Source of the DNA: Camelus ferus
Lineage: Eukaryota
Assembly: GCF_009834535.1 (NCBI RefSeq)
Contig: NC_045697.1
Location: 48,858,001-48,922,000, forward strand
Direction: 5' to 3'
Length of the DNA stretch: 64,000 bases
Below, piece by piece: positions 48,851-61,235 of the stretch (position 1 is the stretch's first letter; every line of letters starts with the position of its first letter). The notes under the pieces are model-generated. The model had not been told where the DNA came from. It worked only from the letters and a program-made list of their open reading frames with translations, and did not search any database. The position numbers and the translations under genes were made by a program.

Positions 48851-50090
48851 TGAAATAACTTGAGTGTATCATTCTGTTCAATTTCTGAGGAAGTTCTTTT
48901 GCTTTGCTAAAGCTGAGTAAAATGGTTCCAAATCACATGACTGCAGTCAAGGTCCAGATCTAGAGCAAAACTACTAAGTAGCAGGGTTTATGCCATAACC
49001 AAGAGAGTTTAAGAGTGAAAGTCGTGTAAGCCTCCCTCCTCCCTCCAAACCAGACACAGATGATTAAAAAAAATCTTTGCTGGGCTGGAAGGAAAATAAA
49101 GAAGAGAGCAAGAGAGTGAGTTGTTGGTCAAGATGGAGAGACCAACCCCAGGGGAAGGAGGGAGAGAAAAGAGATCTGAGGATCTGGGAGCAGGAGGACT
49201 TGTGTCTCCGCTCCCCATCGGGAGTCCTGCGAGGAAACGTTCTCCAAAGAGCCCTGTGCCAACACGCAGGGCTGCAGCAGAGTAGCAAGGCCGCAGGGCA
49301 GCAACCTCCCAACCTCCACATCTACGTTTCCTAGGGCAGCAGAGCAGCGCAGAAGAGCCACCGCCATCCTCCCGTGACTTCCCTCCTTCCCACCTCTGCC
49401 CCTGAGACGGGGCAGGAGTATGGCTGAGAGAAAGGCCACAGACTGAGAATACCCTGACAGTGTACCACAGGGCAGAGGCCAACTATGGATATCAGCAGCG
49501 GCTGGAGTGAGGGCAGATGCCAAAAGCCAAAGCTAGCTCAGAAGAGGCTCCTCACGAGGAAGACCTCTTAGCTGCCCACACTTAAATGTCAAGGTCATAC
49601 ATAAGAACGCCAGGAACCAAGATCACTCTTAGGGAGAAAGTTTAAAAAAAAAAAAAAGAGCGAGAGGTGAAGGAAAATCTTAACTTCACTAAGAATTTAC
49701 TGAAGCACCGAGTTTCCTGCATCGAGTCAGATCCTGACACTGCTCCTGCCCTCTGTGCTGAGAGTCCTCGGAGAATCTGCTGGTCTAGAGTCCCTGGCGA
49801 CGGCCATCAGTAGTGCCCAGATCAGAGACACGCCCTTGTGGGCTCCTAGATGGAGTGGTTGGCAGACATCTTTCCTCACACTCCTCAGGGAGATAGTACC
49901 TGCCATGGTGTATCATACACCCTTTTCTCTTTCTTCTATGACTGCTACAAAAGTTCTGTGGAAGGAAAAGCTCCCAACGCAGACCGTCCTGGCAAAGGGC
50001 AAATTCTCCAGCAGAAGACGGTGAGAAGATTAAGGGAGTATGTGGGGGCAGGGAGGGAGGTTCATTTAAATACTAACCTGTGCTTTTCTT

Positions 50091-50239
50091 TTTTTTTTTA
50101 AATTTTGTTTACTTTTTTTTTTTTAGGGGGGAGGTAATTAGGTTTGTTTGTTTGTTTATTTAATGGAGGTACTGGGGATTGAACCCAGGACCTTGTGTAC
50201 ACTAAGCAGGCACTCTACCACTGAGCTATAACCTCCCCT
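50091..50239 (-). mobile_element. Vic-1-like SINE with 13-bp TSD
   Basis: ggaggtactggggattgaacccaggacc...ctctaccactgagctata. TSD ctgtgcttttctt at 50078-50090 and 50240-50252. Confidence 0.93.
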
Positions 50240-50559
50240 CTGTGCTTTTCTTAAAAAAACAAGCAAAAAACCCCTAAGTTTTAAACCAGAAGTAACTGAA
50301 TTTATCTTGAACTAGAAAGATTTAGTTTTCTATTACCAAATAGAAATAGGGCTCATGAGTTAGTTTAATTCAGTTATAGAGAAATAACTTCTCACTTGAT
50401 ATTTGCATTAGTAAAAATGTACTCTCTGAATACATTTTAATGTAAATTCACTGTTACTCGTTCAATTTTATCTCAAATTTCAGAGTGAGAGCCTTGACAA
50501 CCTCTTAAAGGAGTTTTAATCCTCAGTGCAGGAATTAGAGGGACCCTTTTAGGGGATGG

Positions 50560-50975
50560 AGTGATGTCCCTTGCGGCTGTCACCCTCGCATCCGCTCCAG
50601 CTTCCCTCATTGGGAAGTAGCTGAGGTGACTGGGCTGATCCTGGGGAGCCCACCCCCATCGCCACAGGGACCACGTCAGGGAAGCCAAGGCCTCGGCCAG
50701 TCAGCACATGACATTTCCCAGGTCAGAGGGGCTGCTCACGGGCGATCAGCCAGCACTAAGGACTAACCTCCTCTCTCTAGAGGTGGACACTGAAACATGG
50801 AGCTGGCCTTAGCTTGAAACTGACAACACGGAAGGTAAAGAAAAACCATCTGGCAAGTTACTAAATCAAATCGACTTTGAGACCACTGCTTCTGACCTTT
50901 CTGAGTCAGTCCATCTCTTTTTTTGTTTAACCTAGTTTGAGTGGGTTGTGTTACAGGCAACCCAAAACCCCAGCA
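50560..50975 (+). mobile_element. Probable MaLR (MLT1J/K-like) LTR remnant
   Basis: 3' end ttgtttaacctagtttgagtgggttgtgttacaggcaacccaaaa resembles an MLT1 terminus. Confidence 0.45.
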
Positions 50976-52382
50976 ATGTTGCAGCTGGAGAGGGGGACTC
51001 TCTCAGCTCTGAAATCTCAATGTATGAGTAAGGCAGGGCCTCAAAATAGCTCACACTTTAATGTTTTTTTTTCTAGAAGAGTATTCAATGAGAAAAACCA
51101 ACAAAGAAAAGAAAACAAATTCTATGAAGTGAAAAAAAAACCCCCAAAACCCAAGGTGTCCCTAGTTTCCCATGTTTATCTTCACCCCAACCTGCGGCAT
51201 TGTTCTCCCGGTGACCTCTGCGCAATTGATCGCTCTTGCTTTCCGCTTTTCTTCTTATTTTTTTCCTTAAAGATGGACGGGAGGATAAGGAGGAGGAGGA
51301 GGAGAAAGCTGGAGGAGGGAGGCAGGGAAGCAGGCAGTCAGGCACCAGCTTCCTGCTTCTGATCAGGTGGAGGGAGCATTCCTTGCTAGCTCTTACATAA
51401 AACTGGGAATGTGTGCGCCCCTTGTTCAGGGGTATCGGGTGACTCGAGAGAACAATCCATTCTGCAAATTCCACCAACAGCGCGTGACCAGGTGATGCAA
51501 GCAGTGGATCACAACGCACGGAGGTTGTTTGATCTGTCGTGGATATCAGGTCTGGCGGCTACAGGATTATTATATTTCACTCACTCCATTTCTTTCTCAC
51601 AGACCACTCCCAGACTCTTCCAGTCACCTCCCAGGCCAGAGTTTAGAACAAGCCACTGGACAGGACACTTATCAAAGTGCAAACATTGACTTTACAATGT
51701 GGCAGTTAAAAATAACCTGTCAGAGGCTCCGAGTGCGTCAGGGAAGGCCATCAATCCGTGTGGTGTACGGTGGACCCAGGACTTCCTCCCTGAGGCCTCC
51801 TCTCCCACATTCCTTTATTTCCTTTCTGTGGCTACAAACCATGTTCAAAGGGGGCCACTGTCTGTAGGACATCAGATTTTTATGTTTCTGCCCTTTACCA
51901 TTTACTCTTTGCCTTTGGGGACAGCAGACAAATCTCAAACAGGCTGGTGCACAGAAGAGCAGGGCACAGGAGCCAACTAACTCCTCCTCCTCCTTCTCGT
52001 CTTCCTTCCCTTTCTCCTTCTTCTTTTTTGCATCCAGAAGCTTGTGGATCCAGCAAAAGAAGTACAATTTCCCAGGTGTGGTTTCAGCTCACAAAGCTGA
52101 CCATGAGGTCAGGAGGGAGTCTGAGACTAAAAAGTCCAGACAGCACAAAGGTAGACTCATGGCACGGCCACAGAAGAGCAGAGGATGTCACGGACGATTT
52201 TCGAATGGGATATAGGGGGAAATGCCCCTGTTGAATAATAAAGGATTGGATCCTTGCAACCATGTTGAAGCAGAGTCAAGACCCTGCTGGTTAGGGCTAA
52301 ATTAGAACAGGCTCTGTGCTTAGAAGAATGAGATTTAAGAACCTTGAAAAACCATACTGAAAGAACACTCGAAACTATGCAT

Positions 52383-52868
52383 TAAAAAAACCAAACAATA
52401 CAAATGGGAACATGGGCCAAAGACATGAAGAGATCCTCAGACAAAGAGGATATATGACAGTAAATACGGACATGAAAAGGTGATCAACATTACTAGCCTT
52501 TAGGGAGGTGTAAATTATTAAGACCACAGTGAGATGCTATTATACACCTAACTAAAATAAAAAATAGTAATAATACCAAATGCTGACGAAGATATGGAGA
52601 AACTTGACCTCTCATACATTGCTGAGGGGAATGGAAAATGCTGCAGCCACTCTGGAAAATAGTTTGGTAATCTCTTTTAAAACCAAACACACTTACCACA
52701 TGACCCAGCAACTGCACTCCTGGGCATCTGTTCCAGAGAAATGAAAACTTACATCCACATAGTAACCTGTACACACAATTGCTCTTGGCAGCTTTATTTG
52801 TAATAGCCCGTAAGTGGGAACAACCAAAACGTCCCTCAGTAGCTGAGTGGTTCAACTGCGGTGCATCT
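52383..52868 (+). mobile_element. Old L1 ORF2 3' fragment
   Basis: atgggccaaagacatgaagaga...accacagtgagatgc...ccacatgacccagcaactgcactcctgggcat...aagtgggaacaaccaaaacgtcc. Confidence 0.85.
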
Positions 52869-53115
52869 TGTAAAAACATGAGGAAGCAGAAATCTCAATT
52901 ACACAGAGTCCGGAAGGGGGAGCCCTCGCACCCTGGGAGGACAGCCAAGCTCAAAAGGAAGGAGAAAACAACTCTCCACACGCCTACCCCAGGGTAAGGT
53001 CTCAGCCAATGAAAAGCCAGGGACTCTTTGTTGACTATAGTCCTCCCAGCTTCCTCTTCCTTGTATAAAAGTGTTCGCCTGCCCTTGCCCTGTGGAGAGC
53101 TGCGCATGACTCACC
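52869..53115 (+). mobile_element. Truncated ERV-type LTR (U3 and start of R)
   Basis: Begins TG abruptly at the end of the L1 fragment; CCAAT 53006-53010, TATAAAA 53064-53070; no downstream polyA signal or CA end seen. Confidence 0.6.
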
Positions 53116-53299
53116 TTGACCCTACACTGCAGTTCTCTGCTAACCTCTGCCCTATCTCTCTACTCTTCTCGGCCAAGGTTTGAGAAAGAATATTCTGCCC
53201 AGATTGGCTCCATGCTTCCTTCCCTTTAATTAAACGCCTGGTCCTTGGCCATCTGACCTCCGCCTCATTAAAACCGGGAAGACTTCCGGTTGTAAAAGG

Positions 53300-54310
53300 G
53301 AAAGGACTCGTGTCAGCCCCTGTGTGCTGTCTGACCTTGCTGTCCTCTCCCTCCCCACGAACACCCTCCTCTTGGACTTCCTGGCGGCAGGCTCCTGGCC
53401 TTCCTCCCACCCCTCTGTCCAATTCTCCTTTTACCCTGCTTTTCAGGATCTATGCCCAGCCTTCTTCTTGTCCCTACGTCCTTCTTCTCCTCTCTACACT
53501 CTAAATGGGAAATCTCAAAATCCATGATTTCATTTAACACCAGTATATGCACGATGTGGGCCAGGTCCCTTTGCCGGGCTTCCAGCAGCTCCCGGAGGCC
53601 TCCGCCTGGGCCTTCAAGTTCAGCACACCGGGACTGAGAACAGCCTTTACCCTCTCCACCGCCCTCTGCCTCCGGCCCTTCCTTCTCTTCCTCCTGTACC
53701 CTCTGCAGGGAAGGGCTGCACCAACCGGCCAGTCACCCCGCCTCCCTCTTCCGCAACTTCCGTCCACCCCGCAGCCACACCCTCCGGGTTTCAGCTTTCA
53801 TGCACCCTGCACCCTCCCCTACTCTGACGCCCCTTGTTTGTTATCCGGCATGTCCCACCAGTCTCCCAGTTGGTTTGCCTCCAGGCTTCTCCACACCTCT
53901 CGCCCCCAAACGAAAATGTGCTCGGGTCATACATTGCTCAAAATCTGGCCTTGGCAGCACCCGGTCTTCCTGGTGAGGGCCGGCACCCTCATGCAGCATC
54001 CTCTGGAACAGGCTTCCCGCCTCCCTCCCTGCTCCACTCCTACCGCTTTTACGCGAATGCCCTTTGCGGCAACCATTCTGGCCCACTGGTCGTCCCCCAA
54101 GTGCACCCTTACTCTGCCGCTGACTCCTACCCTGTCCTTCAAACCCTGTTCATTTGGGTGTCACTTCTCATGGAGACGCTTCCCAAGGAGCCCCAGCTGA
54201 GTTAGCACCATCGCCTCCACTCCTGTCGCACGTGCACTGAGGTCGTCATGCATGGCCTCCACTGTGTCCTCTGTAACTTCGAGATAGACTACGGGCAAGG
54301 GCAGTGTCCC
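53300..54310 (+). mobile_element. L2 fragment, GC-rich
   Basis: ccctcctcttggacttcctgg...ggccttcaagttcagcac...ccagtctcccagttggtttgcctcc...ctgtccttcaaacc...agatagactacgggcaagggcag. Confidence 0.55.
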
Positions 54311-54349
54311 CTCCTCCCCCACCTTTGTGTGTGTGTGGGGGGGGGGGGT

Positions 54350-55700
54350 GTAACATATTTCCCCAAGTTTTATTTTATTTTGAAAACTTCAAACCTTTAG
54401 CAAATATGAAAGAGTGGCAGATAAACATTTATATACCTTCTACCAAATTTCACCATTTGTTAACATTTTGCCCTATTGTTCACCCTTTCTTCCTCAACTC
54501 TATAAAATCTTTGACGGCACTGGGTTGAAGAGCGTCCCCCAAGAACTCATGTCTACCCAGTACCTGTGAATACAGCCTTATTTGGAAATAGGGTCTTTGC
54601 AGATAGACTCAAGATAAGATGAAGACACACTGGATTAGGATGGGCCTTAATCCAATGACTAGTGTCCTTAGAAGAAGGAAATTTGGACAAAGATGCACAA
54701 AGAGAATATCACATGGAGACAGAGGCAAAGATGTGGCTGCAAAGCAAGGAATGCCAAGGAAGGCTGGCAACCACGAGAAGCTGGAATAGGCGAGGAAGGA
54801 TCCTCTTGTACTGGCTTTGGCAGAAGCATGGTCCCATAACCACCCTGAGCTCAGATTTCTCCCCTCCAAATCAATGAGAAAGTAAATTTCTGTTGTATTA
54901 GGCCGCCCAGTTCATGTTAATTTGTTATGGCAACCCTGGGAAACTAAGACAATAATCTTACATGTTTATACATATACATACAATGTATCTAATGAATATA
55001 TCTATTAGTATAAATATAAAACCAATGTATAGTAGAAAATAAATATTAATATATCTATTAACATTGGTATAAAAATTTTTTTTACTGAACCCTTTGAAAG
55101 TAAGCTTTAGGCATCATGATATGGGCCTCCAATACTTTAGTAATATGTGTCTCCTAGGAATAAAGACATTCTCTTATATAATTACAATATCATTATCATA
55201 CTCCAAAAATATAACATTAATACAATAATATAATGCAAAGTTTATGTAATACAGAGTATATTTAATATGAAGTATATATATAACACAGAGTATGTATATA
55301 TAATATAGGGTATATATAATATATAATGCAATATAGAGTAGATATTCAAACTTCCTAACAATGACATTTATAGCTTTTTTAAAAAAAATTCAAGATCCAA
55401 TCAGGGTTCAGTCATTGTATTTAATTATCATGTTTCTATAAGCCCCTAATCCTGCAACAATTCCATCTTTTTTCTTGACACTGACATTGTTAAAGAGTCC
55501 AGGTCAGTTTTGCACATAGCCCCCAGATTTGGATTAGTCTGATTGTTTCCAAGTGATTAGATTCAGGTTAAAACAAGTTTGGCAGGGTGATAGCGTACCC
55601 TTCTTTGTGCACCACATCAGGAGGCAAACTGTGACATTTGATTTGAACACCAGTGCTCATTATTGGTAATGGTAAGTTTGGTCATGTGGTTAAGGTGGGG
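54350..55700 (-). mobile_element. Old L1 (L1MC-like) 3' region split by an LTR and AT-rich low-complexity DNA
   Basis: ttattttgaaaacttcaaacc...ttcaccatttgttaacattttgccc; tgaaccctttgaaagtaag...aagacattctcttatataattacaatatc...caagatccaatcagggttca. Confidence 0.7.
54512..54951 (+). mobile_element. MaLR solo LTR (MLT1C-like)
   Basis: tgggttgaa...ccttatttggaaatagggtctttgcagat...gcaaggaatgccaagga...aaatttctgttg...tttgttatggcaaccctgggaaactaagaca. Confidence 0.88.
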
Positions 55701-56864
55701 GTCTTATTGTACTCCCAATACTTATCAATAGGCCTGTGAGCCCTTAATTATTCATTGAATGAGGCTCAGGAAGTACAGTGGTCTGTACTGAAACTAAAAA
55801 ATTTGAACATTTGGCAACATGCAGAATTTCTTATTATCCATCTACATCACATCACCTCTTATTAACCATGGACACCACTGGGGCACAGTGACTCTGCCAT
55901 CCCCACTTCTACAGTGTTAATGCTCTGCACTTAACTGTGAAATCTTTTGTGCAGGCTGAGTGGTATTGGTTTACACAGAACTCAACTGTGAGCTGAGGAG
56001 GCTTGGAACACAGTCTTAGGATGGCTGCTGTAATGCTCAAAAATAAAGTGAATGATGTCTTATGACTTGAACATCATTATTTTCTTCCAAGATATTTTAC
56101 TTAGGTTCCAGCAATTTAGGCTGATTTCCAGAGTTTGATAATATGTTTGTAATAGCAACATTATAAAGTGTTAATTCTGAAAACTGTGTGTTTTATCTTT
56201 CAATACACACATCGCCTTCAGGTGGCTTAAAACCCCAGGGCTTATTGCCTATAAATCAGCGTCTGTCCATCATATTTAATCACTGGTCACTATTTTTACA
56301 AAGATATTTAACTTTAATCAGATCTTTAAAGGGAATGTTGGAGATTAGATCAAGAACAATTAAAAAAAATAAAAGGCTCTTGTTATGGAACCAAACACTA
56401 ATAATGAAGTCATGTGATTTAGCGAAGTCTCCTGAGTTGAACAGCAGTGACACAAACCTACCCCCGACCCAAAGATGAAAATGATGGACCCTGAGTGCTG
56501 TAACAGCAGTGGTCCCTTCTCACACACAATGAGGATGCTCTTCTATGATTTGTGGTTTCTAGTTTTAGGTGCCCAGATATTGGGGGAAAGCTGTAGTAAT
56601 TGTTCCAATTGGCTTGGTTTGAGTTAACATCACATGTTGAATGAGACACAGGCAAAACCACACCAATAAAGTTGGTGAGCTCTCCTTTGCTTCAGTGTTT
56701 ACAAGGTACTGCGTGCAGCTAATGGAAACTTGGGTGGCGCTGACAGAAATTTACTGAGTAGAAAAACACAGTCCATAGACAGCACCGGTAGCACTATAGC
56801 CACTCCTGGACATCATTCTAACAGAAAATGGGGACCACCTGGATCACAGCAGGGGCGAGTCATC

Positions 56865-57100
56865 TAGCAATGGTGTTAAGAGGGAAGTCTTAGGAGCAAA
56901 ATTACCTGGTTCAAAGTCAGGCTCTGTTACTAGCTGTATAACTTTGAGCACATTGCTTTACCTCTCTGTGACTGTTTTATAAGATGGGGATAATACTTTG
57001 TAGGGTTGTTGTAAGATTTCTATGAGTCAATATATATAAACTGTTTAAAATGACACCTGGCATATAATATGTAACCAATACATTTGATTATTTATTATTT
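56865..57100 (+). mobile_element. MIR SINE
   Basis: cctggttcaaagtcaggctctgttactagctgtataactttgagca...aagatggggataata...tagggttgttgtaagatt. Confidence 0.75.
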
Positions 57101-57179
57101 CTGGTGTCATCATTGTCATCAACATCATTATCAGGAACAAGTGGTGGAACAAAAGCAGGGGACGGTGAAAAGGAGATGT

Positions 57180-57490
57180 GTAGGGACATGATTGGTCTCT
57201 TCAAAGGCTTGGAATGCTGCCAAAAACAAGAGGGATTACATGATTTCCACATGTCTCTGGGAACACATATGCTATATCAAAGGGTATAAATTACAGGAAT
57301 TTGGAATTAGGCTCAATATAGGAGGAACATCTTTTTCGTGGTTAGAGCTATCTGAAGATCACGGGCTTGCTCTACGTGAGAGGTGTCCTAGGTTACTGGG
57401 CTAGTCAGTCTGACCCTGGATGATTCTTTGGGATTTAAGAATTAGTTGGAAGACTGAATCAGGTAATCCAAGAGAACCTAGCCTTGTGAC
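57180..57490 (+). mobile_element. L3/CR1 LINE 3' fragment
   Basis: gggacatgattggtctcttcaaaggcttggaatgctgcc...gagggatta...aaattacagga...ggctcaatataggaggaac...ttagagct. Confidence 0.65.
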
Positions 57491-58304
57491 TCTATTGTCA
57501 AATGCACCACTAGAGCATCAAGCAGAATTTTAATGAATAATTAACATATAAGAAGCTCTGCACAAATAAAAACTACTATGTTGCAATACTGTCACACCTT
57601 ACATCTCCCAGATCTACTCATCAGTCTTTCTTCCCTTTTCTACCAGAGACATAAACAGGAAAGAGATGTAGTAAAGAGATGTCCACCGAATAATACACTC
57701 AGATGCACCTTCAAAACATAAGAAACCCCTTATCTTATAGGAGTTTAATGTCTAAACTCAGTCAGTATATATGATAAAAATCACATAGAGACAAAATTGC
57801 CCTGAGAAATCTAGGAAGGCATCACCTTGATAACTGCCTCTTTGTGAGCCCAGCACAGTCATTTTCCCTCCAGTGTTGGAACTGATCTCTGCTTTTCTGG
57901 TTCAGCACTAAATAGAGGAGGAGTTGGCTTGAATTTAAGTGCCAAGTTCTAAGACAAATATATATGTTTAAACAGTACACTTAGTCAGGAGGAAGAAATA
58001 TTTGTTCTGTGGGGAGGTGAGACCAAATGAGACCAATGAGATTCATGTCACCTACTCATTCTCATTTTAGGATATATATTCAGTGATGGAATTCATTGCA
58101 CCATTTAAATTGCAATTATTCTCTTTTGTCTATTTCTTTTCTTTTTTTTTTCTATTTTTCCAAGTGCACAGAGTTGAAGCTGCTGGAGTTAAATGCATTC
58201 CTCTGAACCTTTAGGAGCAAGCCAGGGCTTCATAGACAGCAATCACTCTCTTTCAGTCCACAGTTTCTATGACTACTCCCTGGCCCCAGGAGACATGCTC
58301 GGTT

Positions 58305-58690
58305 GCTTATCCAGCATCCTTCTTTCTTCCGGGAAAGGCACCCCTTCTTTGAGGGGGACTGCCCCTTCCCCACTGCAGTAAGTGATTCTAGGGTGCCACC
58401 AACCGCGGCGCCTCATTGGCCGCACAAGAAGGCATGTGACCTAAGCCTCCCCTGGGATTTCTGCAGTTGCAACCAGAGACAAGTTCTCAGCCTATGGGTT
58501 TTAGGTAGACAAAAAGCAGAGAGAGGCAATGTTAGGAGATGGAGAGAGGGTTCCTGGCTCCATTCTTGTCCTGGTTCCAATAATCGCTAAGGTCCAGCAT
58601 GTGCCTGCCCTTCCCATGATGACCCAATAAAAATCTTCTTTATACTTAATTGGGTTACACCACTTCTAATAAAGAGAATTTTAATACAGC
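58305..58690 (+). mobile_element. Probable MaLR (MLT1-type) LTR remnant
   Basis: ccagcatcc...actgccccttccccact...gcatgtgacctaagc...ccaataaaaatcttcttt...ttaataca. Confidence 0.5.
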
Positions 58691-61029
58691 CCTCAAGAAT
58701 TTGATTTCTTGACCTGTACCAATCTCAATATTCCCTAGGTAAATGAGGGAGTACTCAGAAATAGGCTTGGATACCTCATCCCATACTTCTTACAGCACAC
58801 GTGGGAATATGTTCATTTTTAGGAGGCTACATAGAGCCCTACCAAATATGGAGCTTCTTCTTAAATCCTTTCAAATTAATTAGATTATTTCATACATGGA
58901 AGGAAGAGAGGAAGGAAGGAAGGAAAAGAGGAAGAAGGAGGGAGGGAGGAGGGAGGAAGGAAACCTGTGCTTTAATGAGAACCTACTCTGCCTTTGCCTC
59001 TGTCTTTCAAAGTCTTCAGAGAAGGGGCTCTTATTTAACCACAGCAAACGTCTCCTGAGTGCCTGTTCTGTGCAGATGCTGGTGTGGGACAGAGGAGACT
59101 GCACAAACAACAGACGCAGTTCCTGCCCTCAGGAGGCTCCACACCCAAAGGATTCTTGAATTTGAGTCTCCCCAGAATACCTCTAACAGGTTCATTCTTT
59201 TTTTTCTATTTATCAGAAACAGAGATCATTTGGTATTTAGTATGATTCTTAAGAATCTAGCTCTCACTCTTCAGTAGGAACACACCTACACACAGTATCA
59301 AAATAACCATCTTGCAATTTCTGAGAATTATTTGAGTAGACATTTCTCTATAGCTTAAATAAATCTCTCATTTTCAAAGTTGTCTTGGATTAAAAAAAAA
59401 AACTGAATTAAGGAAATTCACCACAACTGCTAGCATTTACTTTGGAAGGAAAAAGGCTGTGCATCCCATTCCTACATGCATAGTAGTAGACCATTCAGTT
59501 CTGTTTCGTTTACGGGGGTGGGGCTAGGAGACCTTGGTTCAATGAGTGGTCCAAGGTCACATGGTGACAAATTCCGGCCCCGGGTCCTACTTTGCAAATG
59601 CCTGGTCTTTCCTCCCTCTGCTAGTAAACACAAGCCCTCATTGACCTGAGAATTAGATCAGATCCCAGGATGTTTAAGAAATTTCCAAGTTGACCTCAGC
59701 CACTGACTGGAGACTTAATGTCCAAAAATAAACCCTAAGAATTCTCTAGTAAATCAGCAACTCAGCGGAGAGAAATACTTTAAATTTCATTTACATGGAC
59801 AAGAATCCAAAATCTTATTTCTCTATCTAACACATCATCTGAAAAAATGACAAGCTAGCCAGAGAGGAATTCTGAGAAGCTGCCCAGTCAGAGCCGAGAG
59901 CAGCAGAGCCGAGAGCAGTCCACCAGGCACGCAGCGTTAGGAGTGCTCTGTTCTTGGGATGCAGCTTGACTGCTGGGGGCGGAGATGGGAGAGGAAGGGA
60001 GGGGACCTCTCTGGATGTTCTGTCTTCAATAGTCCAGCTAATTTGCCTACACCTATTCAATGTCCACCGTGGGTAAACTGGGGTGACTCGCCAGTTCCTA
60101 GACAATAAAAGTGTGCAGGACAGGCAAACACACTAACTCTTCCCCACCTGTGCCCATGGCAGGCATTTTCCACTCATCAAAGCTCAGACTCCTTTTATAA
60201 CAGGGAAGACCAGGCAGTTGACACTTAGAAGAAAACTTATCACTATCCTTGGTCCTTTGGGCACTAAGTGTCTAATCCCTTTTTGTAACACGGGGAGTGA
60301 GAAAGTCACCAAATCTGTTGTGCAGCACCAAGAAACCTATTTGAAGACAGTTTTGATGATAATAAAATGAATGGAAGTCTCATGGGGTAGGAGAGGCTTT
60401 CCTCAAGTGAGAACATCAGTAACTCATCACTGAATTCCAGGTATGATGAGAGTTTGGCTGGAAATAAAACTCTGCGTTGGCTAGCCCGAGGAGGTGCTCA
60501 AGCCTCCCTGTAAAATTTTCTTTTCACAGATCTCCCCTGCATTTGCGGGACTGGGGCTGGAATTGGAGAGAGCAGGTGTGATTCATGAAATGACCAGGAC
60601 CAGCAACTCAGAGAACCAGGACTGGAGACCAAACTCAAGTGCACTTATGGACTGGATTTCCCCAGGGATGGGCACTGGGACTCTTCTTTCTGTGATGTGC
60701 TTATTGATAATATCTATTAGCCAATGGTTTTGGTTTCCTTTTTTTAAATAAATCATACTCCTTTTTTCATTCAGCGTGATCAAAGTGCTGCTACCAGAGA
60801 GTGTCAGCTGATTCAGGCCATGCCATGCAGGGATTTCTCCCGCTGCCCGGCGGGGAGGCTGAGGTAATATAAAGTCTGATGGCCTTGCAAAGGAACCCCA
60901 GTTCTTCACAGCATAAGCATTTCAGCTTATAGCTTCATCTGCTCTCAACACAGGGAACTAATAGGGCAGGGACATGGCACAATTTGGACTTTAGAATCAT
61001 CATTTTTGTAAAATGAAGGATGGATTTTA

Positions 61030-61235
61030 GGGGAGCATGATTTGAGACTGTTACAAAACCTGTTACAAAGCTATTGTAATTGACCAGGCTAGAGATGAAG
61101 AGAGATTGAGTGAGAGAAAAGACGGAGGAAGGGGAATAAACTTGAGTGACTGCAGGAGGTAAAACCAGCAGCCTTGGTGATTGATTGACTGTAGTGGGTG
61201 ACAGAGAGGGAAGACTCCATGGTGGCTTCTAAGAA
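61030..61235 (-). mobile_element. L2 fragment
   Basis: gctattgtaattgaccaggctagagatg...ggaggtaaaaccagcagccttggtgattgattg. Confidence 0.6.

Noticed and set aside
1964..50239. tRNA-like sequences with A and B boxes as tRNA genes
   Set aside because: Multiple diverged copies with A-rich tails and TSDs identify them as SINEs.
53547..54200. 217-aa Pro-rich ORF, and similar ORFs at 23251-23727, 27325-27876 and 49009-49482
   Set aside because: In GC-rich or L2-derived DNA, with no recognisable domain or exon structure.
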